Below are positions 19,653 through 29,717 of a stretch of 64,000 nt of DNA, piece after piece. The notes below the pieces were generated by a model, which worked only from the letters and a program-made list of their open reading frames with translations, made no database searches and was not told the origin of the DNA. Position 1 is the first letter of the stretch; each line of letters starts with the position of its first letter. Both the position numbers and the translations under genes were made by a program. Origin of the DNA: a virus; the IMG/VR virus record IMGVR_UViG_3300024999_000045, positions 1 through 64,000 of that record; one strand, given 5' to 3'.

Positions 19653-19991
19653 ATGGCTAAATCAAGAGAACATATTGTAATGAATGGAAAGCCAGCTTTT
19701 TACGCTTGTATTTATGAAGATTTAAGAAAAGCTGCTATAAATTGTGGATGGGCATTAGGTTTACATGGAAGTCTGGCAAGTGATATGGATATTATGGCAA
19801 TGCCTTGGACGGAAGATGCAAAACCAGTTGATGAAATGATAAAAGTTTTATCAGATTGCTTTACTGATAGTCCATTTAAAGAACATCATACAATACCAAA
19901 TTATAATAAACCTAACAATAGAGTTGTTTATACAATGAGTATATGGGGTAATTTTTACTTAGATATTAATGTTATTAAATCTACATTGTAA
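19653..19991 (+). CDS. Minimal nucleotidyltransferase-like protein
   Basis: LHGSLASDMDIMA resembles Pol-beta-superfamily GS...DxD motif. Confidence 0.5.
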   Translation: MAKSREHIVMNGKPAFYACIYEDLRKAAINCGWALGLHGSLASDMDIMAMPWTEDAKPVDEMIKVLSDCFTDSPFKEHHTIPNYNKPNNRVVYTMSIWGNFYLDINVIKSTL

Positions 19992-20043
19992 AAGGATATA
20001 AAAAATTAAACAAAATAGAAATTTTATTTAGAAAGGAATATAT

Positions 20044-20358
20044 ATGTTGTATATAGCAGTAGTAGCATATAATTTCGAGTTATCATGTAGAGCTATAAGA
20101 ATTTTAGCCGAAAATGATGCAAATACTGAAATTAAAACTATAAGAAAAGATGTAATTGAGATGAGTGACAATACTAAATATAAAGCATTTTCTAATTATA
20201 ACCATGTTCGTGGACATTATATAGACCAATTAGTTATTGTTGATGATTTTAGGTGGAATGTTCATATGCAACAAGAAGAGCTAATAAGTTGGATAAAATA
20301 TCGCATGATGCATTCTTGTGTTCCAAAAGAATTTCAAATACAAGAATATGAATATTAA
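20044..20358 (+). CDS. Hypothetical phage protein
   Basis: AAAGGA RBS. Confidence 0.7.
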   Translation: MLYIAVVAYNFELSCRAIRILAENDANTEIKTIRKDVIEMSDNTKYKAFSNYNHVRGHYIDQLVIVDDFRWNVHMQQEELISWIKYRMMHSCVPKEFQIQEYEY

Positions 20359-20583
20359 GTTTAAATAAAAGGGAGATTTTGTATGAAAAAGATTAAAATT
20401 AGTGAGAAAAATTATTATTGTAAAGACGAAAAATATTGTGGGTGGTATAAATGTCCTAATTGTGAAGATACGAATATAACGTATTACGATAATTATTGCT
20501 CTAATTGTGGTAGTAAACTAGAGTGGGAAGATAAGTCTAAGTAAAATTACAGTTTGATTTAAAGAAAGAAGGGAGTAAATTAA

Positions 20584-20844
20584 ATGATTAATATATATAT
20601 AAATATTTGTTTTCATTTTGATTTAGTTTTATCAAAATACGAATGGCACGAAATGCAAAACCCAATTTTGAAATTAATAGAGCAATTTGCAGTTCATACA
20701 TTACCAAAATCCTATAGTAATATAGGTCAGATTAAAATTAATGATGATTTTATGGATGTTTATTGTAAATTTAAAGAAGGGTCACTTTGGTTTATTGTAA
20801 TAGATAATAAAAAAGCTGAATATGAAGATATAAATATTGATTAA
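20584..20844 (+). CDS. Hypothetical phage protein
   Basis: AAGGGAG RBS. Confidence 0.65.
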   Translation: MINIYINICFHFDLVLSKYEWHEMQNPILKLIEQFAVHTLPKSYSNIGQIKINDDFMDVYCKFKEGSLWFIVIDNKKAEYEDINID

Positions 20845-20874
20845 AACTTTCATTTTATTAAAAGGAGAAGATAT

Positions 20875-21069
20875 ATGAATAATAGCAAAAGAATAGAAAC
20901 AATATTTGAGAATTTAGACACAAGATTAACTTGGTTGGCTAAATCAGATAGTGCTATTGAATATGCACCACATATAAGATCTGATTTTAATGGTGTAGTT
21001 GGTTTAATAAATGAATTAAAATACGAGTTAGGATTTGAAACAAAAGAATGTAACGAATACTTTAAATAA
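20875..21069 (+). CDS. Hypothetical phage protein
   Basis: AAGGAG RBS. Confidence 0.65.
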   Translation: MNNSKRIETIFENLDTRLTWLAKSDSAIEYAPHIRSDFNGVVGLINELKYELGFETKECNEYFK

Positions 21070-21083
21070 AAGGAGAAAACAAA

Positions 21084-21290
21084 ATGCTAAATGTACAAAA
21101 CTTAGAAGTAAAAAATGTTATTTATATGTCCAAAGAGGAAATTAAAATTGAAATTCAAGCAATTAAATCAGCTTTGCAAGTAATAAAAGTATCTAATGTT
21201 AAAATTGATGTTATGAATGATAAAAAAGCAAAGCGTTTAAGAGTATTAGAAACTGAATTAACGGATAGAAATTTTAATAATATTAAATAA
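21084..21290 (+). CDS. Hypothetical phage protein
   Basis: AAGGAG RBS. Confidence 0.65.
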   Translation: MLNVQNLEVKNVIYMSKEEIKIEIQAIKSALQVIKVSNVKIDVMNDKKAKRLRVLETELTDRNFNNIK

Positions 21291-21339
21291 ATCAAAAGAT
21301 TGATTTAAAAATATAAATATAATAATTTTAAAATGGCTA

Positions 21340-21367
21340 TTGACATATTATTTACAAATGGTATAAT
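21340..21367 (+). promoter_or_regulatory. Sigma-A promoter of rnhA/NSSSTHS/radical SAM operon
   Basis: TTGACA 21340-21345, TGG-TATAAT 21362-21367. Confidence 0.75.
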
Positions 21368-21400
21368 ATAAATATAATAATATAACAACGAGGTAAAAAT

Positions 21401-21871
21401 ATGGATAAAATAATTATATACTGCGACGGATCCTGTCTTAATAATCAAAGCGAGGTAAACTTTGGAGGGTGGGGTGCAGTAATTCAATTCAAAGACCAAA
21501 TAAAAGAGATTTATGGTGGAGAAAAGAATACCACAAATCAAAGAATGGAATTGTTAAGTTGCATTAAAGCCTTAGAGTTGCTTAAATCAAATAAATACAT
21601 AGTTGAAGTATATAGTGATAGTGCTTATTTAATCAATTGTATGCAGCAAGGATGGTATAAAAAGTGGCAATCTAATGGGTGGAGAAATTCACAAAAGAAA
21701 CCAGTGGAAAATAAAGATTTGTGGGAGCAATTAATTGTGTTAATTGAGGGGTTTAATATAAATTTTAATAAAATTAAAGGCCATTCGGGGAACAATTTAA
21801 ACGAAAAAGTAGATCAATTAGCACAAAAAGGTGCATATGAGATAAAGGAGAAAGAAAATGAAAAAAATTAG
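21401..21871 (+). CDS. rnhA: Ribonuclease HI
   Basis: YCDGSC, TTNQRMEL, YSDSAY, KPVENKDLW, KGHSG...NEKVDQLA. Confidence 0.95.
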   Translation: MDKIIIYCDGSCLNNQSEVNFGGWGAVIQFKDQIKEIYGGEKNTTNQRMELLSCIKALELLKSNKYIVEVYSDSAYLINCMQQGWYKKWQSNGWRNSQKKPVENKDLWEQLIVLIEGFNINFNKIKGHSGNNLNEKVDQLAQKGAYEIKEKENEKN

Positions 21872-22352
21872 AAATAGTGTTTTTGAAACAAATTCAAGCA
21901 GTACGCATTCAATTTGCATTACTAAAAATAATGTATTGAATGATAAAAGAAGTGAAATTAGTTTTACAATAGGCGAATTTGGTTGGGAATGTGATACATT
22001 GTCAACTCCTTATGAAAAAGCACAATATCTTTACACTGGTGTCTTGGCAAATAACAGAGAAGAATTGATAGACCAAATCAAATCAATATTAGATAAAAAT
22101 AATATTAGTTATGATTTTCAAGAACCAGAATTTGAGACATATGGAGACGAGAATCATAAATATTTAAAAGATGGATATATTGACCACTCATGTGAATTAG
22201 GTGGATTTTTAGATATTTGCACAGATGAAAATAAATTAATGAGATATTTGTTTTCTTCAGAAAGTTTTATTATAACAGGCAATGATAATGATGATTACGA
22301 CGTGGATATTAATGTAAATTATGACCACGAAGAATACTACAAAGGAAACTAG
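21858..22352 (+). CDS. FETNSSSTHS-motif protein A (unknown function)
   Basis: N-terminus MKKIRNSVFETNSSSTHSICI. Confidence 0.8.
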   Translation: MKKIRNSVFETNSSSTHSICITKNNVLNDKRSEISFTIGEFGWECDTLSTPYEKAQYLYTGVLANNREELIDQIKSILDKNNISYDFQEPEFETYGDENHKYLKDGYIDHSCELGGFLDICTDENKLMRYLFSSESFIITGNDNDDYDVDINVNYDHEEYYKGN

Positions 22353-22364
22353 GAGGATTTAAAA

Positions 22365-22655
22365 ATGAGAACAATAAGAAGAGGCGTTTTTGAAACAAAC
22401 AGTAGTTCAACACACAGTATTAGCATCGTATCAAAAGAAGAATTTGATAAATGGAAGAATGGCGAATTGTTATATGACAGGTATGAAAAATTATTTTTAA
22501 CAAAAGATGAATCACAGGAACTCGAAGACCAAGATGATTTAAATACATATGACGAATATTTTGATGATGGGTGTTTAGAAGGTTTTACAAAAAAACACAC
22601 TACAAAGAGTGGTGATGAAATAATTGCTTTTGGTAAATATGGATATGATGGTTAG
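22365..22655 (+). CDS. FETNSSSTHS-motif protein B (unknown function)
   Basis: N-terminus MRTIRRGVFETNSSSTHSISI. Confidence 0.8.
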   Translation: MRTIRRGVFETNSSSTHSISIVSKEEFDKWKNGELLYDRYEKLFLTKDESQELEDQDDLNTYDEYFDDGCLEGFTKKHTTKSGDEIIAFGKYGYDG

Positions 22656-22700
22656 TGATAATTAATAATTATATTCTACATAATATAAGGAGAGATTAAA

Positions 22701-23234
22701 ATGATAAAAATAAGAAGATGTGTATTTGAGACAAATAGCAGCTCAACCCACAGTATAAGTATTTATAAATGGACGCCAGTGAAAGAAAGTAAAATCCCTA
22801 AAAATAAATCAATTGAGGTTAAAGGTGGAGTACCACCACAAACTGAAATAAAAGATGAATTAGGTAAATTAAAATATATTATATGTATATTAGCATCATT
22901 AGAAGAAAATATTCAGAATAGACAAGGTGAAGATTATATTTATGGAGTAGATTGTTGTTCGTACAAAGATGGATATAAATATTTTGAAATAATGATTAAT
23001 AGTAATCGTTTTAAATGGCTTAAAGAAATAATAAAAGAAAAATGTAATACAGATATAAAATATATTACTACCGATGATTGTTTTCCTTACTATGAAACTG
23101 TGTATAATGATGGTAGTTCATTAGAAAGTATATTAGCATGTGATATAAACGACGAGCAGTCATTCAAAGAAAGAATTTCTGAAATTATATTTGAAGATAA
23201 TTATGTTATAGAGGATAAGGAGAATGAATATTAA
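22701..23234 (+). CDS. FETNSSSTHS-motif protein C (unknown function)
   Basis: N-terminus MIKIRRCVFETNSSSTHSISI. Confidence 0.8.
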   Translation: MIKIRRCVFETNSSSTHSISIYKWTPVKESKIPKNKSIEVKGGVPPQTEIKDELGKLKYIICILASLEENIQNRQGEDYIYGVDCCSYKDGYKYFEIMINSNRFKWLKEIIKEKCNTDIKYITTDDCFPYYETVYNDGSSLESILACDINDEQSFKERISEIIFEDNYVIEDKENEY

Positions 23235-24118
23235 TGGATATTAAATTATTAGGGTCATATAACAACGGAAATTATACCGTGGAAATATATAATGATGGGA
23301 CAAAAATTAGGGAAACAGACGATGATAGTTTTATATCGTCTTTCCCAGAATGCATTGATTTAAAAATAACTAATTATTGTGATATGGGGTGTCCTTATTG
23401 CCATGAAAATTCAACTAAAGACGGTAAACATGGAGATATACTCAATACCGAATTTATTAATACATTACAACCATATACCGAATTAGCAATTGGAGGTGGG
23501 AATCCATTAGACCACCCTGATTTAATTGAATTTTTACATAAATTAAAAGAAAAAAATATAATTGCAAACATAACAGTAAATCAAAATCATTTTATGAAAT
23601 ATGAATCTATTATTTTAGATATGGTAAATAAAGAATTAATTAAAGGTTTGGGAATTTCTTTAACAAATGCAAATGATATTCATTTTATTGCAAGACTAAA
23701 AGAGTATCCAAATGCAGTTTTACATGTTATTAATGGGATTATTGGCCTTAAAGACTTAGAAAAATTATATGGTTATGGCTTTAAAATATTAATATTAGGT
23801 TATAAACAAATTAGAAGGGGTATAGAATATTATTCAGACCAAGTAGAAACAAATAAAAAGGTTATTTTTGATAATATTAGTGACATTATTAATGGATTTA
23901 AGGTTGTAAGCTTCGACAATTTGGCAATTAGACAATTAGAATTAAGAAGAATTTTCACAGATAAAGATTGGAATGAATTTTTTATGGGTGATGATGGTCA
24001 ATTTACAATGTATATTGATTTAGTTGAGGAAAAATTTGCATTAAGCTCTACAACATTAGAAAGACATGATGTAAAAGATAATATTATTGATATGTTTAAT
24101 ATTGTAAAGTCTAAATAA
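23234..24118 (+). CDS. Radical SAM enzyme
   Basis: CxxxCxxC (YCDMGCPYCH), GGGNP motif; no C-terminal SPASM Cys cluster. Confidence 0.9.
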   Translation: MDIKLLGSYNNGNYTVEIYNDGTKIRETDDDSFISSFPECIDLKITNYCDMGCPYCHENSTKDGKHGDILNTEFINTLQPYTELAIGGGNPLDHPDLIEFLHKLKEKNIIANITVNQNHFMKYESIILDMVNKELIKGLGISLTNANDIHFIARLKEYPNAVLHVINGIIGLKDLEKLYGYGFKILILGYKQIRRGIEYYSDQVETNKKVIFDNISDIINGFKVVSFDNLAIRQLELRRIFTDKDWNEFFMGDDGQFTMYIDLVEEKFALSSTTLERHDVKDNIIDMFNIVKSK

Positions 24119-24166
24119 AAGAAGAGTTTTATTTAAATATAAATATAATATTAAAAGGAGACAAAT

Positions 24167-25255
24167 ATGAGAAAATTAGCGTCAATACAAAAAATAATTG
24201 CATTAAACCCAATAGAAAAAGCTGATGCAATAGAAGTTTGTACAGTATTAGGTTGGGAATGCGTTGTAGCAAAAAAAGATAATTTTAAAGTTGGAGATTT
24301 AGTTTGTTATATTGAAGTAGATAGTATAGTGCCTGATAGATTAGAATTTGAATTTTTAAGAGATAGAAAATTTAGGGTTAAAACTATAAAATTAAGAGGT
24401 CAAGTAAGCCAAGGGTTAGTATTACCATTATCTATATTACCAAAAGGAAATTATAAAGAAAATGAAGATATAACAGAAATTCTTGGTGTTAAGAAACATG
24501 ACCCACAAGCTGATGCAGAGAGAAAATCAATAGAAGAAAAATTAGCCACAAGTAACAATCGTGTTCATAAATTTTTTGCAAAATACTCATGGTATAGAAA
24601 TATATTTTTTAAACCAAAGAAAAGCAATTTTCCTAAATTTATAAAGAAAACAGACGAGGATAGAATTCAATTATTCCCACATATTTGTGAAAATGAAAAA
24701 GATACAGTATTTAGTGTAACTGAAAAATTAGATGGTCAAAGTGGAACATACTTTTTAATTAAGAACCCTAGAAGGTTTTTGTTTGGTAAAAAATATATAT
24801 TTGGTGTTTGTAGTAGAAATATTCATTTAACTAAAGAAGATAATAGTTCTTATTGGACTATAGCTAGACAATATAATATTGAAAAAGTTTTAAATAATTT
24901 AATTGAAAATAACCAATTTATAGTTTTACAAGGAGAAATTTTAGGAACTGGAATTCAAGGTAATAAATATAAGGTTGATGGATATGATTTCTATGCTTTT
25001 AACTTAATATATCCTAATAAACAAATTAGCAGCATAGCTGCAAAGTTGTTATTAGAGGGATTTGAAATTAAATTTGTACCTATATTAGAAACTGGATTTA
25101 AATTAAAAGAAACAATAAAAGATATGGTTGAATACGCTAAAGGTAATTCTACTTTATTGCCAGTATTAAGAGAAGGTGTTGTAATAAGAAATTATAATAA
25201 AAATACTAGTTTTAAAGTAATAAATCCTGACTTTTTACTAAAAAATGAAGAATAA
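24167..25255 (+). CDS. RNA ligase (Rnl2-like, DRB0094-type)
   Basis: MRKLASIQKI N domain, TEKLDGQS adenylation motif, QGEI, FYAFN, REGVV, FKVIN. Confidence 0.88.
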   Translation: MRKLASIQKIIALNPIEKADAIEVCTVLGWECVVAKKDNFKVGDLVCYIEVDSIVPDRLEFEFLRDRKFRVKTIKLRGQVSQGLVLPLSILPKGNYKENEDITEILGVKKHDPQADAERKSIEEKLATSNNRVHKFFAKYSWYRNIFFKPKKSNFPKFIKKTDEDRIQLFPHICENEKDTVFSVTEKLDGQSGTYFLIKNPRRFLFGKKYIFGVCSRNIHLTKEDNSSYWTIARQYNIEKVLNNLIENNQFIVLQGEILGTGIQGNKYKVDGYDFYAFNLIYPNKQISSIAAKLLLEGFEIKFVPILETGFKLKETIKDMVEYAKGNSTLLPVLREGVVIRNYNKNTSFKVINPDFLLKNEE

Positions 25256-25498
25256 GTTTAAATAAAAAGATTGTTTTACTGAAAAGGAGAGGCTATGTGG
25301 ATAATAGGATTTAATACGGGGTATTACCCTTATATATTAACATTTAAAGATGAACAAAAAGCAAAAGAAGAATATGAATATTTAAAATCCAGTAAAAATG
25401 AAGAAGAGACAGTGTATTTGGCTGAAGTAAAAGAATTTGACGGTGATATTGAATTTGAAGATTAAATAAAAGATTGTTTTTATCAAAAGGAGAAAATT

Positions 25499-25864
25499 AT
25501 GAAAAGAAAAGATTGGACTGTAGGACAATATGGAATAAGACCAGTAGGGAAGCCAGATAGATGTTTATATTGTGACTCTAAAATTGGTGATCAACACAAA
25601 GAAGATTGTGTTATTAGAAGTAAAACTGTTGTAATAAACTTTAATATTGAAATGGTAGTGGATATACCAGAATATTGGACAAAAGAAAATATCGAATTTA
25701 GATATAATGAAGGTTCGTGGTGTGCAGATAATTTAATTAATATGTTAGACCGAGGAAAAAATAATTGTTTATGCCCATATGTTAAAGCAGAATTTATAAG
25801 AGAAGCTACTGAAGAGGATGAGGAAAATTGGGGTTTATGCAAAGTAAATGAGTTAGAAAATTAA
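25499..25864 (+). CDS. Hypothetical protein
   Basis: AAGGAG RBS; CLYC...H...C zinc-like motif. Confidence 0.7.
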   Translation: MKRKDWTVGQYGIRPVGKPDRCLYCDSKIGDQHKEDCVIRSKTVVINFNIEMVVDIPEYWTKENIEFRYNEGSWCADNLINMLDRGKNNCLCPYVKAEFIREATEEDEENWGLCKVNELEN

Positions 25865-25903
25865 ATAAAATGATGGTTTGATTATAAAAATGGAGGTAAT
25901 AAA

Positions 25904-26230
25904 ATGTCTCAGAAAATATTAATAGGTGAAAACTGCACACTAAATTATATTGATACAGATTATACAGTTATTAGAGAATATTTAAATATGGATATAAAAG
26001 AACTTAATGATCTTCATATGAATGATAATTTTGATAAATTTAGAACAGATGAAAAATTACATAAAATTGTAATAGATAATAATTTTATTATTGGTAAAAG
26101 TAATTGGTCGGATGAAGAAGATTATAAAGTTAAAATAATTGAAATTCCAGATAATATTGAATGGGATATTAGGCAGCCAGAGTGTGAAATTAGTGAATAT
26201 ATTTGTGAAAAACATAGAATCTGGAGTTAA
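25904..26230 (+). CDS. Hypothetical phage protein
   Basis: GGAGG RBS; KIIEIPDNIEWDI...EYICEKHRIW. Confidence 0.7.
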   Translation: MSQKILIGENCTLNYIDTDYTVIREYLNMDIKELNDLHMNDNFDKFRTDEKLHKIVIDNNFIIGKSNWSDEEDYKVKIIEIPDNIEWDIRQPECEISEYICEKHRIWS

Positions 26231-26295
26231 AAGTCATTAAAATAATACTTTTATTTAAATATATAAAATATTTTAATAAAATGTAAAAATAACTC

Positions 26296-26324
26296 TTGAC
26301 TTATAGTAATAATATAAATATAAT
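26296..26324 (+). promoter_or_regulatory. Sigma-A promoter of ytxC-like gene
   Basis: TTGACT 26296-26301, 17 bp, TATAAT 26319-26324. Confidence 0.75.
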
Positions 26325-26367
26325 AGTAAATATAATAAATCAGTAAATAATTTAAAGAGGTGTAAAT

Positions 26368-27183
26368 ATGAAATCAATAACAATTTCAACAAGTAAAAAT
26401 CTTGAATCTTTAAAATTACAACTTAACAATATTCCAAAAGTAGAGGTAGAAGAAGTTAACAGTAGATTAGTTTTGAATATAAATAATGACAAAGTTTCTA
26501 TTATTAACGATGTTATTTCTAAACTATCAGATATCTTAACTGATTACATTATAGCAAACTATGAACAAGACGTAGTAAAAAAACTTATAATTACTGGGTT
26601 TGAAGATTTAAACGATGAAGAAGTATTGGAAGTTTTAGAGATATTTAATTCAAATATTAATAATGCTGCTGAGTTGGAAATATCAAATAGATTATATGCA
26701 ATTAAAAGAAAAAATACGTTAAATACATTATTGATTAACTATTTTGAAACCAACAATGAAATTAATGTCTGTGGGTTCGTAAATTTTAGAGCAAAGGAAT
26801 ATAAAACAGATTTAGAATATATAGTTGATAAAGCAATAGATGATTATTTAGAAATTAGAGATGATAAAGAATTAATTCAGGTGTTAAAATCATATGTTGA
26901 TACTTCAGATAAGAAATGTGAAAAGATTACAGTTGCAGCTATTAACGATGGATCATATGAGATATTTGATGAAAAAGGATATAATATTACAAACAGATGT
27001 AGGAGAATTTTTAATGAAAATGACTTTAATAACAGTGATGTGTCATATGATGATTTTCTAATTAGTGCATTAATTACGTTAAATCCTAAGAAAATAGTTA
27101 TTAAAAATAGTAAAATTATTATTAATACTGAAGTTACTAAGTTTATAAGTGATATTTTTGAAGGTAAAGTTGAATTAATTTAG
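26368..27183 (+). CDS. ytxC: Putative sporulation protein YtxC family
   Basis: GFVNFRAKEY...AIDDY...LKSYV, DDFLISALITLNPKKIVI. Confidence 0.8.
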   Translation: MKSITISTSKNLESLKLQLNNIPKVEVEEVNSRLVLNINNDKVSIINDVISKLSDILTDYIIANYEQDVVKKLIITGFEDLNDEEVLEVLEIFNSNINNAAELEISNRLYAIKRKNTLNTLLINYFETNNEINVCGFVNFRAKEYKTDLEYIVDKAIDDYLEIRDDKELIQVLKSYVDTSDKKCEKITVAAINDGSYEIFDEKGYNITNRCRRIFNENDFNNSDVSYDDFLISALITLNPKKIVIKNSKIIINTEVTKFISDIFEGKVELI

Positions 27184-27435
27184 ATAAAGTATAAACATAA
27201 TAACACATTAGAGAGGATTTGACGGAATGAACACAAAATTAATAAAAGAAAAACCAAATTTCAATCCACCACCCCAAAAGAAACGAATGAACACAATAGA
27301 TAAGACTGAGGAAGAAATATTGCTTGGAATAGATGAAAGTAATGGAGTAGATTACACGTGTAAAACATACGGTTATATAAAAAAATGATGTAATTTACAT
27401 TACTAGACAACAAATAATCAAGGGAGTGAGAATAA

Positions 27436-27948
27436 GTGAAATTAAAAAACACAAGAGGATTCAAAACAGTTGAAATGAATACAATTTATTTTTTGGAAGT
27501 ATCAAAAAAAGACCACACCGAATTTAGCATAAGATATAAAGAAGGCGAAGTCGAATATGAGATGGCAAACGTTCATAATGATGCAGATGCAGAATACATA
27601 GTAAAATCAGTCAATGAGTATGAAAGATTAAAAGAAGAAAATGAGAATTTAAAAGTAAAATTAGACAACTGGAAATATGAAGTTGAATGTAATATGGATG
27701 AATTGAAAATAACAAAAGAAGAAAACGAGAAGTTTGCAAATCTATTAAATAGAAATTCTGATAATTATGCAAAATTAATCGACAATTATGATATATCTCA
27801 ACAACAACTAGATAAATCAGTAGATGTAATAACAGATTTAATAAAATCAAATGAGGAATTTAGACGTAGAACGATTTCATTTGATGAATATTTAGATCAT
27901 AAGAAAGATGCAGAACAATTCATTAAACATGTTAAGGAGAATAAATAA
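27436..27948 (+). CDS. Hypothetical coiled-coil protein
   Basis: GGGAG RBS, GTG start. Confidence 0.65.
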   Translation: MKLKNTRGFKTVEMNTIYFLEVSKKDHTEFSIRYKEGEVEYEMANVHNDADAEYIVKSVNEYERLKEENENLKVKLDNWKYEVECNMDELKITKEENEKFANLLNRNSDNYAKLIDNYDISQQQLDKSVDVITDLIKSNEEFRRRTISFDEYLDHKKDAEQFIKHVKENK

Positions 27949-28141
27949 TGGCAGATATAACAATGTGTGCTAAGCCGTTTTGTGAAAAAGAAAAATCGTG
28001 TTATCGAAAAACTGCAAAACTAAATAAATATAGACAATCAATGTGTGAATTCACAGAGTGTAATGAACCTGATTTTGAATATTATTATAAATGTGATTAA
28101 AAGAGGAAATTAAATAAAATGAGTGTTTTACAGGAGGTAAT

Positions 28142-28342
28142 ATGATTAATTTATATCACAAAAGTTGGTCAAAGTGGAGAATAAGCGATAATTTTTATAG
28201 ATTTGAAGCTTATCTTAATATTCAAAAGAAACTTATGTTAGGATTTGAGATTAAATTAGATGATTGCTGCATTAATTATAGTTTTTGTTTTTTATTATTT
28301 AGTTTACATGGGCATATAGTATTTGATATAAAGAAATTTTAA
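28142..28342 (+). CDS. Hypothetical phage protein
   Basis: GGAGG RBS. Confidence 0.6.
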   Translation: MINLYHKSWSKWRISDNFYRFEAYLNIQKKLMLGFEIKLDDCCINYSFCFLLFSLHGHIVFDIKKF

Positions 28343-28373
28343 GTAAAAATATAATAATGGAGGATAAATAAAT

Positions 28374-28814
28374 ATGATTGATTTTATTTTAACAATACCA
28401 TTAGTGTTATTGGTATTATCTGTACCAGCATTGCTAATTTGGATTAGATATGAGGACTATAGAGAAAAGAAAGAACTACAAAAAAAGTATAATGTAGATA
28501 AATTTCCAGTTACATCAAAATCAAATACAGAATACTTTGTGGAAATTAAGTACGAACCTAATTGTTCTGGAAATTTTGTATGTAATATTTATAAAAGAGT
28601 AGTAAAAAAGAATGGTAAAACTAAAGATATTCACTTGGATGGGGATTATTTTTCTTTAAAAGAAAGTGAATATGATTACATTGCAATAGCAACTAAAGTT
28701 ATTAATTGTTTTGAAATAAAACTTGAACATTTTAAAGCAGAAGATTTGAAAAAAGAACAATTATTACAAGAAAATAAAGAAAAATGGCAAAAATGGGACG
28801 GAATTATTAATTAA
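28374..28814 (+). CDS. Hypothetical membrane-anchored protein
   Basis: N-terminal hydrophobic helix; GGAGG RBS. Confidence 0.7.
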   Translation: MIDFILTIPLVLLVLSVPALLIWIRYEDYREKKELQKKYNVDKFPVTSKSNTEYFVEIKYEPNCSGNFVCNIYKRVVKKNGKTKDIHLDGDYFSLKESEYDYIAIATKVINCFEIKLEHFKAEDLKKEQLLQENKEKWQKWDGIIN

Positions 28815-28849
28815 AATTAGACTTTTATTTAAAAACGGAGGGTAAAAAT

Positions 28850-29497
28850 ATGTATAATGATTTTGATGATTATGATTATGAAAGATATGAACCACCAAGT
28901 GAATTTATGACTAAAATAGACGAATTAGTAAAAGAAGAAGTTGTAAATAATATAAAATCAAAAATAGAAGATTTAAATTCTTATATAACACAAGAAAAAG
29001 AACTCAGAGAAACACTTAGAATAACCAAAAATCAGTTGCGAGATTTAGAAAATAAACACAAAATAGAATTACAACAAGCATTAAAAGATAAAGAAATAGA
29101 AGTCCAAAGGAAGTTAGGGGTAGGTTTTGCAGTTAATGACACAGTTTATTATATTGAAACTGAAAGAAGTTATACTAAATGTGATAAATGTAATGGAAAA
29201 TATGAAATGAAAGTAGAAGTATTAGGGAAAGAAACTAATGTAAGGTGTCCTCATTGTAGTTGTGGTCAAGTTATGCATTGTAAATATTATCCAAAACAAG
29301 ACATTATAAGTTCTATAAAATTTTATATTAGTAGAAAAGAGTGGCGAAACAACAAATCTTTGGGTGAACTTACAGAAGATAAGAATATTGAAATGTACCT
29401 TGAAAAATCAGAGGGTTATAAAAATAGAGGAAGTTTATATCATACCGAAGAAGAATGTCAGGCTGTTATTGATAAAATGTATGGCAAACAAGTTTAA
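28850..29497 (+). CDS. Hypothetical protein with coiled coil and CxxC zinc finger
   Basis: CDKCNG...CPHCSCG. Confidence 0.7.
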   Translation: MYNDFDDYDYERYEPPSEFMTKIDELVKEEVVNNIKSKIEDLNSYITQEKELRETLRITKNQLRDLENKHKIELQQALKDKEIEVQRKLGVGFAVNDTVYYIETERSYTKCDKCNGKYEMKVEVLGKETNVRCPHCSCGQVMHCKYYPKQDIISSIKFYISRKEWRNNKSLGELTEDKNIEMYLEKSEGYKNRGSLYHTEEECQAVIDKMYGKQV

Positions 29498-29534
29498 ATA
29501 AAATAATGTTTTTATGGAAAAATGGAGGATTACA

Positions 29535-29717
29535 ATGGTTGATAAAAGTAAAGTATATCAATGTGTAGTTGAATTTATGGAAGAAAATGAAATTAAATGC
29601 GATGAAACAATATGGCAGTGTGATAGAATTTTAGAAAATTCATTACCATTTATAACTAAACTATTTGAAATAGTAAAAGAGGATTTAGATTTGGAGGATG
29701 TAGATGATGAAATTTAA
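29535..29717 (+). CDS. Hypothetical phage protein
   Basis: GGAGG RBS before ATG 29535. Confidence 0.65.
   Translation: MVDKSKVYQCVVEFMEENEIKCDETIWQCDRILENSLPFITKLFEIVKEDLDLEDVDDEI

Noticed and set aside
27223-27296. Short direct repeat gaatgaacacaa 60 bp apart
   Set aside because: Only 12 bp, two copies, inside a short ORF-like stretch; likely a local duplication without evident function.
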